Below are positions 63,986 through 64,000 of a stretch of 64,000 bases of DNA, in pieces (the first letter of the stretch is position 1; each line of letters opens with the position of its first letter). The position numbers were made by a program, and so were the translations under genes. The DNA comes from Octopus bimaculoides (lineage: Eukaryota): NCBI RefSeq assembly GCF_001194135.2, contig NC_068981.1:199259096-199323095 (forward strand), given 5' to 3'. The notes beneath the pieces were generated by a model. The model was given only the letters and a program-made list of their open reading frames with translations. It was not told where the DNA came from and did not search any database.

Positions 63986-64000
63986 TTAATTACTATTATT

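Overview
Eukaryotic, AT-rich, repeat-saturated genomic DNA with eight assembly gaps. The SINE families, the RTE LINE with a (GAT)n tail and the microsatellite density look like a coleoid cephalopod, probably Octopus; this is recognition from memory, not a database hit. No intact gene, rRNA, tRNA or CRISPR array is supported. The window is a stack of retroelement fossils: many copies of one RTE-clade LINE family (two with the RT core, many 3' tails), two kinds of Penelope-like elements (a YRDD-type RT and a Neptune-like RT-thumb/GIY-YIG), four 3' ends of REL-endonuclease (R4/Dong-like) LINEs associated with (TAA)n, a Tc1 DD34E transposon relic, Gypsy relics, a piggyBac-like MITE and three or more tRNA-derived SINE families, some nested with clear TSDs. 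A few short exon-like segments suggest an unidentified host gene, with the best candidate being a minus-strand 3' end at 3.2-4.3 kb. I found no demonstrably new system. The most interesting signals are a near-complete type I hammerhead ribozyme at about 27.97-28.04 kb (plus several CpG-decayed relics) and a 66-bp multi-hairpin tandem array of variable copy number in the RTE 3' UTR. Most ORFs in the supplied track are microsatellite or N-gap artefacts.
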